From Octopus sinensis (Eukaryota), in the NCBI RefSeq assembly GCF_006345805.1, contig NC_043006.1, positions 31,248,001 to 31,312,000 on the forward strand: a DNA stretch of 64,000 bases. The letters run 5' to 3'. This document shows positions 38,100-52,199 of the stretch, in pieces (position 1 is the first letter of the stretch; each line of letters opens with the position of its first letter). The notes below the pieces were generated by a model that did no database searches, was not told the DNA's origin, and saw only the letters and a list, made by a program, of their open reading frames with translations. Position numbers and translations under genes: made by a program.

Positions 38100-38740
38100 A
38101 TTACTGAAGGGATAATGAAAATGGAGGGACGAAAAGCTGCTTCCAGAGATCCTGGAAAAGACTGCCGGACGAAAAATAATTTATAGATGTATGTCGGTCA
38201 AAACCTAACGCCTGGAAGTGGTCACACACATCCAAATGGAAAGATGTTTACGAGGAATATATGGGCGAACATAGATATCCTCATCAAGACCCGACAACCC
38301 AGCACCCTTGAAGTACAATTTCTGAAGGAGGTCTTAGCAGTTAAACACCCTGTTATTCCTGATAGAGGTGAGAAAATTGCCCTTAATTCCGCCTTATCTG
38401 CAAACACGGGTAGAAAAAGTGAAGATAGGCAGCGTGCCATTAATGCCGTACATCTGGCAGGATGTGGCAAACATCATCCCGGAGAGAAGTGATACTCTCC
38501 TGGATGTCAAAAAATATAGCTAGGAAAGATAATCTGGAAGAAGACTGGAGTTCCTCTTCCACAGGTGAAACAAAAACACATGAAAAAGATCCCGGATCTC
38601 AATTGCCGAATGGAACAAAACTGCACTCCACAATGGCGGGCAGGAGACTAAGGTGCCACATAAATGGTATTCCTAACCACCCGAAAGCTTCCTGCTCTCA
38701 ACTGAAGGGAAGAATATGGATGCCTCTACCCTCCTCACAC
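38100..38740 (+). mobile_element. Unclassified decayed element, possibly a LINE 3' remnant
   Basis: Non-repetitive, codon-like segment with broken ORFs; no decisive motif recognised. Confidence 0.25.
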
Positions 38741-38779
38741 CACAAGCACAACTATACACACACACACACACACACCACA

Positions 38780-38860
<81 letters not shown>

Positions 38861-38864
<4 letters not shown>

Positions 38865-39230
38865 TGTAGAAGTGGCTATGTGGTAAGTAGCCACATAGCC
38901 ACACATGGTTCCGGGTTCAGTCTTGGGCAAGTGTTTCCTCGGGCCCACCAAAGTCTTGTTAGTTGATTTGGTAGACGGAAACTGAAAAGAAGCTTGTCGT
39001 GTATATATATATATATACATATGTGTGTGTGTGATCCCACCCACCCAACATCGCTTGACAACCGATGCTGGTGTCTTTATGTACCCGTAAATTAGCGGTT
39101 CAGCAAAAGTAACCGATAGAATAAGTACTAGGCTTACAAAGAATAAGTCCTGGGGGCGATTTGTTCGACTAAAGGCGGTGCTCCATCATGGCCGCAGTCA
39201 AATGACGGAAACAAGTAAAAGAATAAAAGA
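38861..39230 (+). mobile_element. SINE family A
   Basis: Head, internal microsatellite and tail as at 8236. Confidence 0.85.
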
Positions 39231-39338
39231 ATATGTATATAAACTGCAATGTCTTAGACTTAATTCTGTGCTATTTCCACCTCCATCTTTTATATATGTA
39301 AAATTTGATTCGTATAGATCGCTAATCTTTTTTCAAAC

Positions 39339-39380
<42 letters not shown>

Positions 39381-39527
39381 TGTGTGTGAACAAGAACCAT
39401 TATTTAAGGAACTCACACTCAACCTGCTAAAAATAGCATTTTAATCTTAAAATCACATACAACCTTTTTATAGAGAAAGAACATTAAATAATATACGTCT
39501 AGATACACTGTCTAAAGAGTAATGATG

Positions 39528-39577
39528 GGATGGTCACAAATGGAATGTCACAAATGGAATGGTCACAAATGGAATGA
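39528..39577 (+). repeat. Tandem array GGAATGGTCACAAAT x3-4
   Basis: Directly visible; architecture resembles the array at 1753-1848. Confidence 0.75.
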
Positions 39578-40021
39578 TAGGTCTGCGCAATTTTAAAGAC
39601 CAGAAAATTGATCAGAAAATTTCCGCATATTGCCATCTGTTTCCGCCTATTTCCGTCTATTTTCGCCTTCTTTCGTAGGTGTTTCAAGACGTTTTCACGT
39701 GCTGGTAATTTCAGGGTCATTAGTTCATCGAAGGACCACGTCAAACCAGTGGCATCGTATTTCATGTAACTGGCAATTATTAACAACCTCGCTACACATA
39801 ATTAATAGCGCACACTTACACACACACACATCCGAGCACATTCACACGCATGCTCATATAGACTCTTATACCCACCTATTCACACAGAATCTCATAAGCA
39901 TAATCTGTGTGTATAGCTACACACACACACAAACCTATGTGTATGTGCGTGTATATATGCCACGCGTGTGTATAATGTATGTATATATACTTACACACGC
40001 ATGCATCTATCTATCTATCTG

Positions 40022-40108
<87 letters not shown>

Positions 40109-40762
40109 GTTAATCTCTCTGTCTGCAAGTCTAAATATCTATCTGTCTCTCTCTCCAGACACACACACATATAGATATAAATATATGTTTGTGTGTGTGT
40201 GTGTCTGCGTATAAACCTACACATATATACACGCACACACATTCACACATATACACGTTGTTTTAAAGCCTGTACTTTTACCAGCTGATTCGTCTAGATT
40301 TACACACATAATATGGTATTTCTGTCAAACATGTGTTATGTATATATGCATGTATGTATGTATGTATATATAGATAGTACATACACACACACACACATAT
40401 ACATATACACTTGTATGTATGTTTGTATGTAAATGTGCAGGTGCTTGTGGGTGTATATACATGCGTACCGAAGTGTTTCCTTGAAGGTGTGTTTATTGAT
40501 GATACCCCGAGGAGTAGAGGGGTGTGGCTGCGTTAACTGGTGTTATCTGTGATATTAACGTATTAGTGTGTGTATGGAGAAGAGTATATTTGTAAAGTAG
40601 GCGTTTGTGTGTGTATGCGCGCGTGTGTGTGTGTGTGTGTAATATTGTTCCTATGAACTCCTAAAATTGGAATCGTTCTAGTGTATTCTGAAATGTTCGA
40701 ATAAATTATAATAAAGTGTATATCGAAATCGGCTTACATACAGCACTCACACAGACACACAC

Positions 40763-40802
<40 letters not shown>

Positions 40803-41590
40803 TACACACACACACACCACACACACACACACACACATACACACACACACACGCACGCACGCACGCTTGCACGTGTGCACATTTTTCTTTAACAGTTTTC
40901 AAATCCGTGAGCGGTGGTGTGTTCATGTTCAGTGTAAACTTGATGAAAACAATTCCGTTTTAGAGATGAAATAATTAAGCAAACATCAAACTAAACCCAA
41001 ACGTAAATTGCCTTTGCCACTCCCTCCACTGACCCCACATCGCAATCATCATCATCATCATCATCGTCATCATTATCCGCCGCCCCCTTCTCTACCTATC
41101 AGTACCAAAATTTAGTTGGTGCCCATTAATAAAAATATCAGGTTTAGGTGTAACATGAGGAAAAGTCAGCTATGATCACTTTCGTTGAATTGTCGATCCA
41201 AACCAACCATTCAACCAGCAAGCAAGCCATCCAGCCATCTAGAGAGTTCCTGGTGGCGGTTCGATGCTGCGGAGAAACCCCAACCCTGAATCCTACAATA
41301 CAATGAAATGGGTTTGCTTGAAGAGGGCTTCTCCTATAATTTGGACAACATTTTAGGTGTTAAAAGGTGGGGGAGAGGGGAGCGGAAAGGAAAAAAGCTT
41401 GTCACTCTATCACCTCTACCAGTCCAGCACCAGCACCACCACCACTACCAGTATTACCCCTACCATCACCACGACCACCAATAACTTAACCACTGTTACA
41501 CCCCTTCATTTTAACAACCCTATATACCAGCCTCGTCGCATCAGTTTCCAGCCCTTCCTCTCAACATCTAGTCTCTGTGAATGTAGTTTG

Positions 41591-41625
<35 letters not shown>

Positions 41626-42471
41626 CACACATGTGTATGCGTGTATATGTATATATGTATGCATGTGTGTGAATGAAGTGCATGGGTGGAAACGAACGTC
41701 CTTCGTTAGAGGGAACACCCTCAATCTTGTTGTCGAAAATATCATAATTAAACGAACCATTAAAGGGCGAAAACGTTGTTCGTGTTCTTTGTAGCATCTT
41801 ATAAATGATAATATAAGTTTGTATGATTTCTTTTGTAACATCTATACTATAATAAACGATAGACACACATTATGTCCGTTGTACCGTACTATAAAGCCTA
41901 CACCTATGGTTTTCTTTCTCTCCAGCTCGCCTCTCTTTTTATACGATTTGTTTCACTTTCACTTGCTTAGGTTTTAGTTTTCTTTCAGCGTTCATTTAAT
42001 CATTCATCCAGCCAGCCATTTTATTATCCTCCCACCATTGACTTATTTTATCATCTGAATTCATTCATTCGTTCTTCTTTCACCTCTTTCTTTTACCTAT
42101 TTTTCATTATTCATATCAGTTTTCTCTTCCTTTTATTTTCCAGATTCTTTTTTATTTATTTCCATAATGTCATGTCTTATTTTCATTTCTTTCTTTCTTT
42201 CTTTCTTTACTTCCTTTCCCAATCTAATTTTTGTTCCAAATCATCTTTTATTTTCTTCTATTCTCTCTCTTTCCTTCCACTCAATCTTTTCCTTTACAAT
42301 TTTATTCTATTATTACCTCACAATTTATTCGTTTCTTCTTGTTTTCTTCACATTCTTCACTCCGTTTGTTTCAATTTTTTATAAATTTCGCTCTTTCTTT
42401 TTATTCATATTTATCTTTATAGTTTCCTGCCTTAATTATATATATATATAAATTTTCATTTCCCTCCTTCA

Positions 42472-42545
<74 letters not shown>

Positions 42546-43844
42546 CTTTATTATTTTATTTCAATATTTCTTTGTTTAGCCCTAGGTCAGTCCTACCAGA
42601 GCAGACCTTGATCAAAGTCATTTCACATTTGACTGTCTATTATATCTACGTTCACAGTCTATCTAGGATTCAGTTATCCAGTGTGTAATACATCATGGTG
42701 AATGACTACGAAGAAAGTAACCCATCGTTGGTTCGCAGTGCTTAGTACGGCTACCTTCTTGTAGCATAAAAATGGTGTTCGTCTGATTGTGGTTGTCCGT
42801 TTAATTCCTGTCGTGTGTATAAAGGTGTGAAGTATGGGCCCAGAAAACTCTGTCGGACAGGGTTATACTCGAGCTGAAGATGGAGATGGAGATGGAGCTG
42901 GAGATGGGGTCGTGGCCAGGGTACTATACTTCAATGGTGCATTGGAGATATACACACACGCACACACACACACGTACATATACACACATACATGCAATCA
43001 CATACATAATATATATTGTACATTTCCTAAGATGGAGACTGTGACATGGAGCGTGTAACCAAAGAATATAATCCTAGGATAAAGAAAATACGGTCCTCGG
43101 AATATTCCGCATGCAATAACTTGATAGCCAATGATACACTTTCTGTACCAGGCACGGCTCATGCCTATGTTTGGCCTTGTCGAGTCGACGCTAGATGAGA
43201 TCCGGGTTATGTTAAAACTTGAAAAGTGTCAACCAATACCAGAAAGTTCCTCACCAACAGTGATACAGACAATTGTTTTTCTTAGAAAGAAATCAATGTG
43301 ACGGAGGTTTAACATCAAAAACAGTCTTTGGATGTCGTATCATATCTCCTCCAACAACATCTACGGATCGCCAAGTGATGAAGCTCAGCCTTGGGTCAAG
43401 TCTGTATGTACGAGGCGGATAATATAGGAATTGAAAAGCAACTGCTCGGAATGTATTTCCTGACTGTTGGCCAAGAATTTAATTCTAGAGATGTCGCACA
43501 ACTGGTCATCAGAAAAGAGGTCTTATACACACAAATAAAGTTAGGTTATATTCCCAGACAACTTCTAAGGGGCAGTAATATTGATAGCCAAAGAAGTCTA
43601 TTCCAGGCTATAAGCAAAATATTAGCTCACACTGTGAAGGATATGGTTTTGGTGCTCATGTTTGATGTCTAAATTCAATTTCATTCACTGAATTTGCGTT
43701 TTTAGGTTAAAAATCGACTCTTTCTCCATTGACAAGAAATTCTGAAGTTAAACGAAGGACGAACAAACATCATACATATACACACGCATACATAAAACAT
43801 ACGCACGTACATACACAGATACACACTTCTGTCAATCTATCTAC

Positions 43845-43929
<85 letters not shown>

Positions 43930-44931
43930 TTGGGTATGGTAGATGAGTTCAGCAAAAATTTAGATTAAGATGAATATGGTAATTAAGTTGAGGCACCAGA
44001 ATATAGAACGGTATTATCCACACAATTTCAAAGTAAGGTGATAAAAATCAAAATAAGCAACAAGGATATCCGGCGGTAACGCAGTACGATCGTTTCATGC
44101 AACTCCATTTAATTGAATAATGCAATCATAACATCAGTTTAAAATGTAGAGCAATCTTCAGCTGCACAAAGACATAGAATTTAATTAAATTAGAATATAT
44201 TAGTATAATTATACCTAAAATCTACGAGAAGTTAAGAAGATAGATAAAGAACATGTCTCTACTTCAGCGTAGAAGTTATTCAGATCAACCCAATGAAAGA
44301 ACGTTTACATGGTCGTTCTAACTGCCAGAAATAGCAGTCAAATCTCCTTCAAGCTTTATCTCATCGTTCAGAAAAGGGAGAATGTATTGTTTTAAGGTGA
44401 TAAGTTTAAAAGGATGGCCACAAGATTAAAGGTCCGCCTGATCAGATTTGGTTTGGGGCAAACCAGTGATTGATAATCAACACACGGTAGATAACACCTT
44501 TATTCGAACAAAAATTTTCTTTTCCTTCTCTCTTTCCTTCCCTACACAGACAGATAGACACAAACACACACACACACACACACAAATACGCATGCACGTA
44601 TACAAATATACGCACATGTATGTGTGTACTCAGGAATGTACGTATGTGCATATGAAAGTACGTATATATCTAGACATGAGTGCGTGTGTGTGTGTGTGTG
44701 TTGTGTGTGTGAGTGTGCGTGTGTGAGTGTGCGTAGATATGTATGTACACAGCATATGCTGCGGTCTTGAATGGAAGGGACAGAGGCAGAGCCAGCACCA
44801 ACAGTTAAGGCGAGTTGAGTAAAAGAAGGACCGACTTCACGCTCGACCGCCCACGTGACTGACGTCAAGTATAATCACACTTTTTATCTGCTCAACTAAC
44901 CCTTTCTTCACTGAAACACTCCAAAACACAA

Positions 44932-44987
<56 letters not shown>

Positions 44988-45076
44988 TTGTTGCTGTTTG
45001 TGGTTAGGCGATAACATAAATGTACCAGCCCTAAATAGTATCCTGTGTAGGTCTTTGTAGGCTTTATAGTTCATAT

Positions 45077-45425
45077 CAGTTGTTCTCAGCCAGGGTACAT
45101 AAGATCTTTGAATAAGATTTTTGAAGGTCCACACAAACAAGACAGTAAATTTGGGATCCACTAATATTTTAAGGGTCCAAGGAAAACTTTTGCAACAAAC
45201 AGCACGGTTGTTTCTCTAGCATTTTACGTAAGTTTAACAAGTTTCCGGCCCCTAAAACACGTTCTTTCAGAGAGTTTCATTGCAAACCTACACAAGTGGA
45301 TGGGTGAAAAAATATTTTTGAAAAAATGTTCTATAAAAGTAAACATCGAATGGAAAAGGGAGTCCACAAAAATCAAACGGAAATTAAAAGGGTCCATAAG
45401 GGGAAAAAATGGTTGAGCACAACTT
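45077..45425. mobile_element. hAT-type MITE
   Basis: TIRs CAGTTGTTCTCAGCC / GGTTGAGCACAACTT; flanking 8-mers GTTCATAT and GGTTATAT (6/8) fit a decayed 8-bp TSD. Confidence 0.72.
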
Positions 45426-45696
45426 GGTTATATGAAAAATAAGTTTTACCATAGATGAAAAGAGGTCGTTGTTTTACACGATTTCAATTTACATGGTGAC
45501 TCGATGAAACAGATTCCAGTGTAGTTTTGATCTTAAAACCGTGTGACAAGGAACTAGGATTTATTTTACAACTCATTGTGTATTTCTTTCCGTATATTGT
45601 AATTGTGTCGTTTGTTAAAATGTCTGGGTTTGTGTGTTACACAGAAAATATGTAGAAAAAAAATAACCCTGAAAGATTGGACTTTCTTCTGTCCCC

Positions 45697-45733
45697 TGTT
45701 TCTGAAGTAGAGCTTTGCTCGAAACGTAAAACA
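45697..45733 (+). ncRNA. Minimal hammerhead motif, family H1, A9U change
   Basis: UGUUU-CUGAAGU-A-GAGC(UUU)GCUC-GAAACGUA/AAACA. Confidence 0.65.
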
Positions 45734-45867
45734 CCCTTTCTTTCCTTCCCTGAGCGTCGTTTAATACTTTGCTTGCACCACATCTTCGCGTTGTTGCTTT
45801 TTTCTTTTTGTGTTTTTCCTTCGCTTTTTTTTCGATTAATTATATATAAATGTCCATATATATACAT

Positions 45868-45914
<47 letters not shown>

Positions 45915-46283
45915 TAAACGTTAAAAAAACACAAACTGGGACAAGAACGTGAAACATTTTGAAGACGGCAAAAAAACACACAGACGGGACTTTCGAAGCT
46001 CTCAGTCATCAGTCAAGAACCAGATCATCTTCGCAATTTCGGCTGATTAATCTTGAGATTGCTCCAATCTGGGCAGCCAACCAAGGGAAATCTAAGCCAA
46101 TCGCATTAGATTCCTTGGAAGAAAACCTCGAAAGTATACAACACGGTGACGGAAAATATGGACATTTATATATAATTAATCGAAAAAAAAAAACAAGAAA
46201 AAACACAAAAAGAAAAAATCAACAATGCAAGGACGTGGTACATACAAAGTATTAATAAGACGCTCGGGAAAGGAAAGAAAGGG

Positions 46284-46320
46284 TGTTTTACGTTTCGAGC
46301 AAAGCTCTTCTTCAGAAACA
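46284..46320 (-). ncRNA. Minimal hammerhead motif, family H1, canonical core
   Basis: Minus strand: UGUUU-CUGAAGA-A-GAGC(UUU)GCUC-GAAACGUA/AAACA; 5-bp stem I. Confidence 0.75.
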
Positions 46321-46593
46321 GGAGACAGAAGAAAGTTCCCAACTTTGACACTCCACAAATCCTAAATTTTATCTCAGAATTTATGGGAGCAACTATCTTT
46401 GAAGACTCATATTGTCGTTGAATGCTCGAAATGAGCAGTAGATAGACAGCTGACAACTCATGAAGGGTCCTTTCTCTGTGTTTACTTGTCCTGTTCTCTA
46501 TCTTTTCTTCTCGTTGTTTATGTATTTAACTCGTTTGGTTACGTATTTCATGCTGTTTGAACCGTTGGTGATGTCCTGTACGCACACAAACGC

Positions 46594-46663
<70 letters not shown>

Positions 46664-46668
46664 TTATT

Positions 46669-47112
46669 TAAAATTATAATCGAGGGTATCTAAAAAATAC
46701 CATCATGCTAGAGATAGCAGTCAAAATTTGACTCTAAAACCACATCAAGTATTCTTATAGCACCAGGGGAAAAGACAAACAGAAGGTGGTATTTTGACCA
46801 TATAGCACGTGGAGTTTAGACGGGCAATTAAACCAGTCGTGTGCATACATACGTGCGTATATGTAAGTATTCGTATATTGTATATATATATATAAATATA
46901 TATATTTGTAATTATGTGCTATTTGTATATATCCCACTGATGAGGCAGAGTATATTTTTATGCAAAGCCAGAAATCGAGATCTGGGATTATCCAATAGTT
47001 TTTGCTAGTTTATTTGTCTATTCGTCTTTTCTTGATGTGGTTTTAGAGTCAAATTTTGACTGCTATCTCAAGCGTGGTGGTATCTCTTAGATACCCTTAA
47101 TTATAATTTTAA
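46669..47112. repeat. ~80-bp inverted repeats (46669-46749 / 47031-47112) enclosing a hammerhead
   Basis: Arms are reverse complements and each contains the palindrome AGTCAAA-W-TTTGACT. Confidence 0.85.
46931..46988 (+). ncRNA. Type I hammerhead motif, family H4, intact core
   Basis: AUCCCA-CUGAUGA-GGC...GCC-A-GAA-AUC(GA)GAU-C/UGGGAU. 6-bp stem I, 3-bp stem III, AUC triplet. Confidence 0.8.
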
Positions 47113-47760
47113 TAATAATTAATAACTATAAGGTTTTTTTATTCTCATGCTGGCCACTTGACATGATTGGTATTTTAAAAAAAACGATCTTATATATATT
47201 ATTTACTATACATATATGTATGTGTATGTGTGTATGTATAGATATGTACACACACATATACACATATTTCGATTATCTCGTAATATGTTTATGTTGTCTG
47301 TATCAATAACATAGCTTTTCTCCGTTTAGAGATCAACAAAATAACTACAGGACCGAAAAAGCTACTGAGATCAATGTGATGGAGTAACCACCTTAAAGGT
47401 AGTGCTCCAGCATGGCCGCAGGCATTGAAAGACACCAATAAAAGAATAAAAGAGTATAAATGTTAAAGTGTGCCTGAATCTGCGTGTGTGTGTGTGTGTG
47501 TGTGTATGTGTTTATGTATGTAGCTGTGTCTGTACGCGTGTGGTCTTATGTGTGGTAAGGATTTATGTGTTAAATGGTCGCCGTCAAACATATTTCAACT
47601 CTCGTGCACGACTACAATAATATATACACGCGTGCTTAAATATATGTATTTATACACACCTTAGAGATTAGTCCGCGTGTTCTTACTATTGTATTCATAT
47701 TACACGCGCACACTCTGGCAGACACGCGCACGCACACGCACACACGCACACATACATACG

Positions 47761-47808
<48 letters not shown>

Positions 47809-48225
47809 ATGAATCTATGAAGGACTCTTCGGAAATGCCAATGTTGGGATTTTAACTTACTTCAGTTGTCTTTTATTTTTTGCTTATTTCATTCATTGAA
47901 TTGCGGCCTAGGCGGAGCACGAAAAGTTTTCATCAGTTGTTCTAAGATTTTGGCAACCAGTAAGTGAAATAAGGCCAAAATACGACCAGTGTTGTTACCA
48001 TGGCTACGAATGATCAGAATTACTCTTTTACCTACAATGTAAATCTTTTTTCTTTCTTTTGGTATTTCGAAATTATCACTTCTAGGAAATATTTTCGTTA
48101 ACTCTTATGAAATTTTTCTCATTTGGGATATCTTGAAATTATTCTGTTAATTACTTGCAATTCACAACCTTCAGCGTGGTGGCCAGCACTTTACATATGT
48201 GTATGTGTGTGTTTGAGCTTGTGTA

Positions 48226-49147
48226 CGAGGTGGTATAAAAATGTTACCGGACAAGTTATGTTTAATAAAAAAAAAATAACGTATTTATCAAAGTTTTAGC
48301 ATCATCTCCTTCAAAATAGTCACCTTGCATAGCTATACACCGGTTCCAGCGTTTCTGCCACTTTTGGAATCCGGCCTGGAAGTCGTTTTCCGTAAGCGAA
48401 TCGAGCACCTTCTGCGATTCGCTCTGGATCTCTCCGACGGTTTTAAAACGGCGACCTTTGAGCTGCATTTTCATCTTGGGGAAGAGACAGAAGTTCGTAG
48501 GTGCTAAATCTCGTGGATAGGACAGGTGCGGAAGTAATACCATGTTACTTTTTGGTGAGAAATTCACAACTGAGGAAAGCTTTGCGACAGGGTGTATTGT
48601 CATCGTGAAGAATCTAATTCTTCGCGCTCCACAGATCCGGTTGCTTTCGCCGAATGTCCTCCCCCAAACGCTTCAAAACCTCCTTGATTGTCCTCCGACA
48701 ATCCTCATACACAAACTCATGAATTTTTTCCACATTTCCAGGATTAACACTCCTGGCAGGTCTTCCACGTCGCTCATCGTCTTCCACGGATGTTCTTCCG
48801 CTTTTGAAGCGACCGTGCTACACGAAACAATGCGTGCAACCTATCGCTTCGCCACCGTAAGCTTGTTGAAGCATACTCAGTGTCTCTGTAGGAGACTTCC
48901 AAAGTTTAGCGCAAAATTTCACGTTGGTTCTTTGTTCCAGCTTCCTGTCCATGGCAAAAATCGCAGACTACAGCATACACGTGATCACAAAAACATAAAT
49001 TTTACAACTTGCGAAGTAAACAGAATGATTCCACTCGGCACACTGCCTTATGAAGGTCACTGTTTGCTCTCATTGCGGATGTAACCTTGTGCTGCCATCT
49101 ATTGGCATGCTACAGAACTAGTCTGGGAACTTTTTGATATCACCTTG
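48226..49147 (-). mobile_element. Internally deleted mariner element
   Basis: TIRs CGAGGTGGTATAAAAATGTTACCGGAC / reverse complement CAAGGTGATATCAAAAAGTTCCCAGAC. N-terminal HTH region (EQRTNVKFC...MLQQAYG...FKSGRTSVEDDERRGRP); C-terminal YPRDLAPTNFCLFPKMK...KRWNRCI..QGDYFE. Confidence 0.9.
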
Positions 49148-49218
49148 CCTGTATTTGTATATGTGATCAAGGGAAAGAATACGCAATCTTGATGTTGTTG
49201 TTGTTGCTATTATTATAA

Positions 49219-49410
49219 GGGAGGTGAACTGGCGGAATCGTTAGCACACCGGACAAAATGCTTAGCATCATATCTTCCGGCTTTATATGTTCTGAATTCA
49301 AATTCCGTTGAGATTCAATTCACCTTTTATCATTTCGGGGACGATGAAATAAATACCAGTTAAGTACTACAATCGACTGATCGCATTCACCCTCTGTCAT
49401 AATTTGAAAT
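49219..49410 (+). mobile_element. SINE family B (diverged)
   Basis: ctggcggaatcgttagcac...gaattcaaattcc. Confidence 0.75.
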
Positions 49411-49669
49411 CATTGTAATGATGGTTATGCGTTGGTATCTATCCATTTACCTGAAAAGTCCTTCTGTATCACCTCCACACCCACCTCCACCACCACCACC
49501 ACCTAATTAAGCCAAACTAAAGAAAATTTCGATTAGTTATAATTTCAGAAGCTAAAGCGAATCTAATCATCTTACCGTGAACTGGGATTGAACCAGCGAG
49601 CTTTACATGTTCAGTCTACTCTCAAGTCTCAAGCCAGTGCTTTCGATTACTTACAAATCACCTCACATC

Positions 49670-49900
49670 TACTCTTTTACTTGTTTCAGTCATAAGACTG
49701 CGGCCCTGCTGGGGCACCGCTTTCAAGAATATTTAGTCGAATGAATCGACCCCACTACTTTTATGTTTCCTAGCCTGGTACTTATTTTATCGGTCTCTTT
49801 AACCGAGCCGCTAAGTTACAGGGACATAAACACACAAACACCGGTTGCCAGGCGGTGGTGGAGGACAAATACCGACATAAATTCTCACACATACACACGC
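49670..49900 (-). mobile_element. SINE family A, 3' half
   Basis: Similarity to other copies. Confidence 0.75.
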
Positions 49901-49925
49901 ATACCCACAAATGCATATGTATACA

Positions 49926-49956
<31 letters not shown>

Positions 49957-52083
49957 GTATATATGTATATATATGTATGTATATATATATGTATATATGT
50001 ATGTATATATATGTATATATGTAATATATGTATGTATATATGTATGTATATATATGTATATATCACGTGATCACGAAATAGAGGTGCAGCTCGTTTTTGC
50101 CAGCAGAGTGTACTAGAATTATGCGAAATAAAGAGTCTCGCTTAAAGACACAACGCGTCGCGGTGAACCGAACTTACAGTGTTGAGCTGAATATCTTTAT
50201 GACTAACGTCTTTGTTCATGAGTCTACTCGATAAGAAACGACTCATAGGTTGGGCCAAGCAACAACAGCAACATATGATTAACTCATAATTTTCTAACAG
50301 ACACAACTGAGGAACAACCAGTTGTTATATAAAATGGTGACACTCTAAAATTCATGAATGTTTCCTTGAATGTATCGTTGAGTCTAAATGATTTTGACGA
50401 GTATAATTTGGAAAGAGGTATGCCCTTCTAGCTGGAACCTCTACCGAAACAAGAAACACAAGGGCTCTTCAGTGATGCCCATGTAATCTGAGTAATCTAA
50501 TGAGTAATGAGTTATGAAACTTATTGTAGAATTTTTAAAGTATTAGTTCTCTAATTCGACTTCAGTTATTGATAGATATTCTTTGTTTTAAATCCATAAA
50601 AATCATCAAAAATAATTTTAGTTCCTAACAAAGTTATTAGATTCGTGAATAACTATTGTGGATTCGAGTGAAGTGAAAGAGAGAACTACGAAGATCTGTC
50701 GGATAGATTGTAAGGTTCTTGGCTGGGAAACCTAGTCTATTGCCTGGTTTAGTAACTTCAATTGACCCTTAGATACCTTTAGCCGAGTCCACTCTATTCC
50801 AGGTATTTCGGCCAGAGAATAACAGTGGAATGGTTCTGAAACCGGTTATTCGTGTTACCTTCCCCTTCTGACGAAGTAATTCGCTCTAACATTACTGTAT
50901 AACTCTTCCATCGCTACTATAAACCAGAAAACATGATTGAAAATAATTGATAGCGACAGAAACAGTATTAATAACCAAGCGGTAATGTTTATCCCAACTT
51001 AAAACTGGTCCTTGTTTCAGAACACAAAATACTGCGTTATTTACCCAGAGAGAACCTCTCAAATGGACATGTGATGCATAAAGGCACTCGTGTTTATGTT
51101 ATGCACCTCGAGTGCTTATGGGAGGTTCACTCTGGGTAAATAACGCTGTATTCCATGTTCTAACACAGCATTGGCTTTAAGTGGAATATAAATATTACTT
51201 GCTTGTTACTACTCAGCCGTATGTTGTGTCCCTATGATGTTTGATTATTTGGTCTTCATTGAAATAACTGTGCCGGGTGTTTGAGGCTAGGCTCCAGTGC
51301 AGTACATAAACTAATATCTCCTCAGTTAAAAAGGATCGCGTTTTTTTTATCAACTCAGCTGTTGTGATAAGGTTCACGCATGATGGTTTCACTTAGCTTT
51401 CCACAGAGCCAGATATTTTTCTCTTAGAGACGCATGAAGAATCAATTGATCCTACTGATTGTTTGACTATTTATTTTATCGACCCTACAGAGATAAAACG
51501 TCTCTGCACCGTTTCCGTTACCTTGTGATACTCACCTTACATTTGATGCTAGTGTATTTCGTTCGCCACTTCCATCAGCTCATTACATTCGTTTCAACCC
51601 TAGACTTAAGGAGAATGACCAAAAGGCTGCCACAGTTCAACAAAGACTTTGTCTGACAAAAAAAACCTTTAAGGACCAGAAAATTTATATTTTACTCGCA
51701 AATTTATGTACTGTGCATTATTATTAAAGTCTTTGATGAAACCGAAGGAAGTAGAGAAACAGGGGGTGGGCCTTCATAAAATTAAGGTGCAGCTGGTAAC
51801 TACAACAACTATAATAATAACAAGAACAACAATGTTTATGACTAAGCAGTCACCATCAACAAGAACAACAGCAACATCAGTGGCGACAATTAGCCCACAG
51901 ATCGATTAATTTGCCATATAAACTCTGTTCATGTCATGTGGTGGGGTGGATTATTTAGCGGAGGGGGTAGAGGTAAAAACGACTGGAGTTTTGTTTTGTT
52001 TTTTGCTATTTTTTTCTTGTTTTTACGTTTAGCTAAACTTATTTCGCTTGTTGCTTCCAGTTAATATTTCTTTATTATTATTA

Positions 52084-52199
<116 letters not shown>

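Larger units (their letters stand above)
45679..46340. repeat. Inverted pair (~180 bp arms) of the family H1 PLE-terminal-repeat-like unit
   Basis: 45679-45860 is the reverse complement of ~46156-46340. Confidence 0.85.

Noticed and set aside
43391-43672. 93-aa ORF as a LINE RT or host exon
   Set aside because: No decisive motif recognised.
45985-46020. CUGAUGA...GAAAGUC on the minus strand
   Set aside because: Both boxes are present but stems I and III cannot be formed.
50805-50890. GAAACCGGUU palindrome and a nearby CUGACGA
   Set aside because: The boxes are in the wrong order for a type I motif and each lacks its partner; at most decayed PLE ends.
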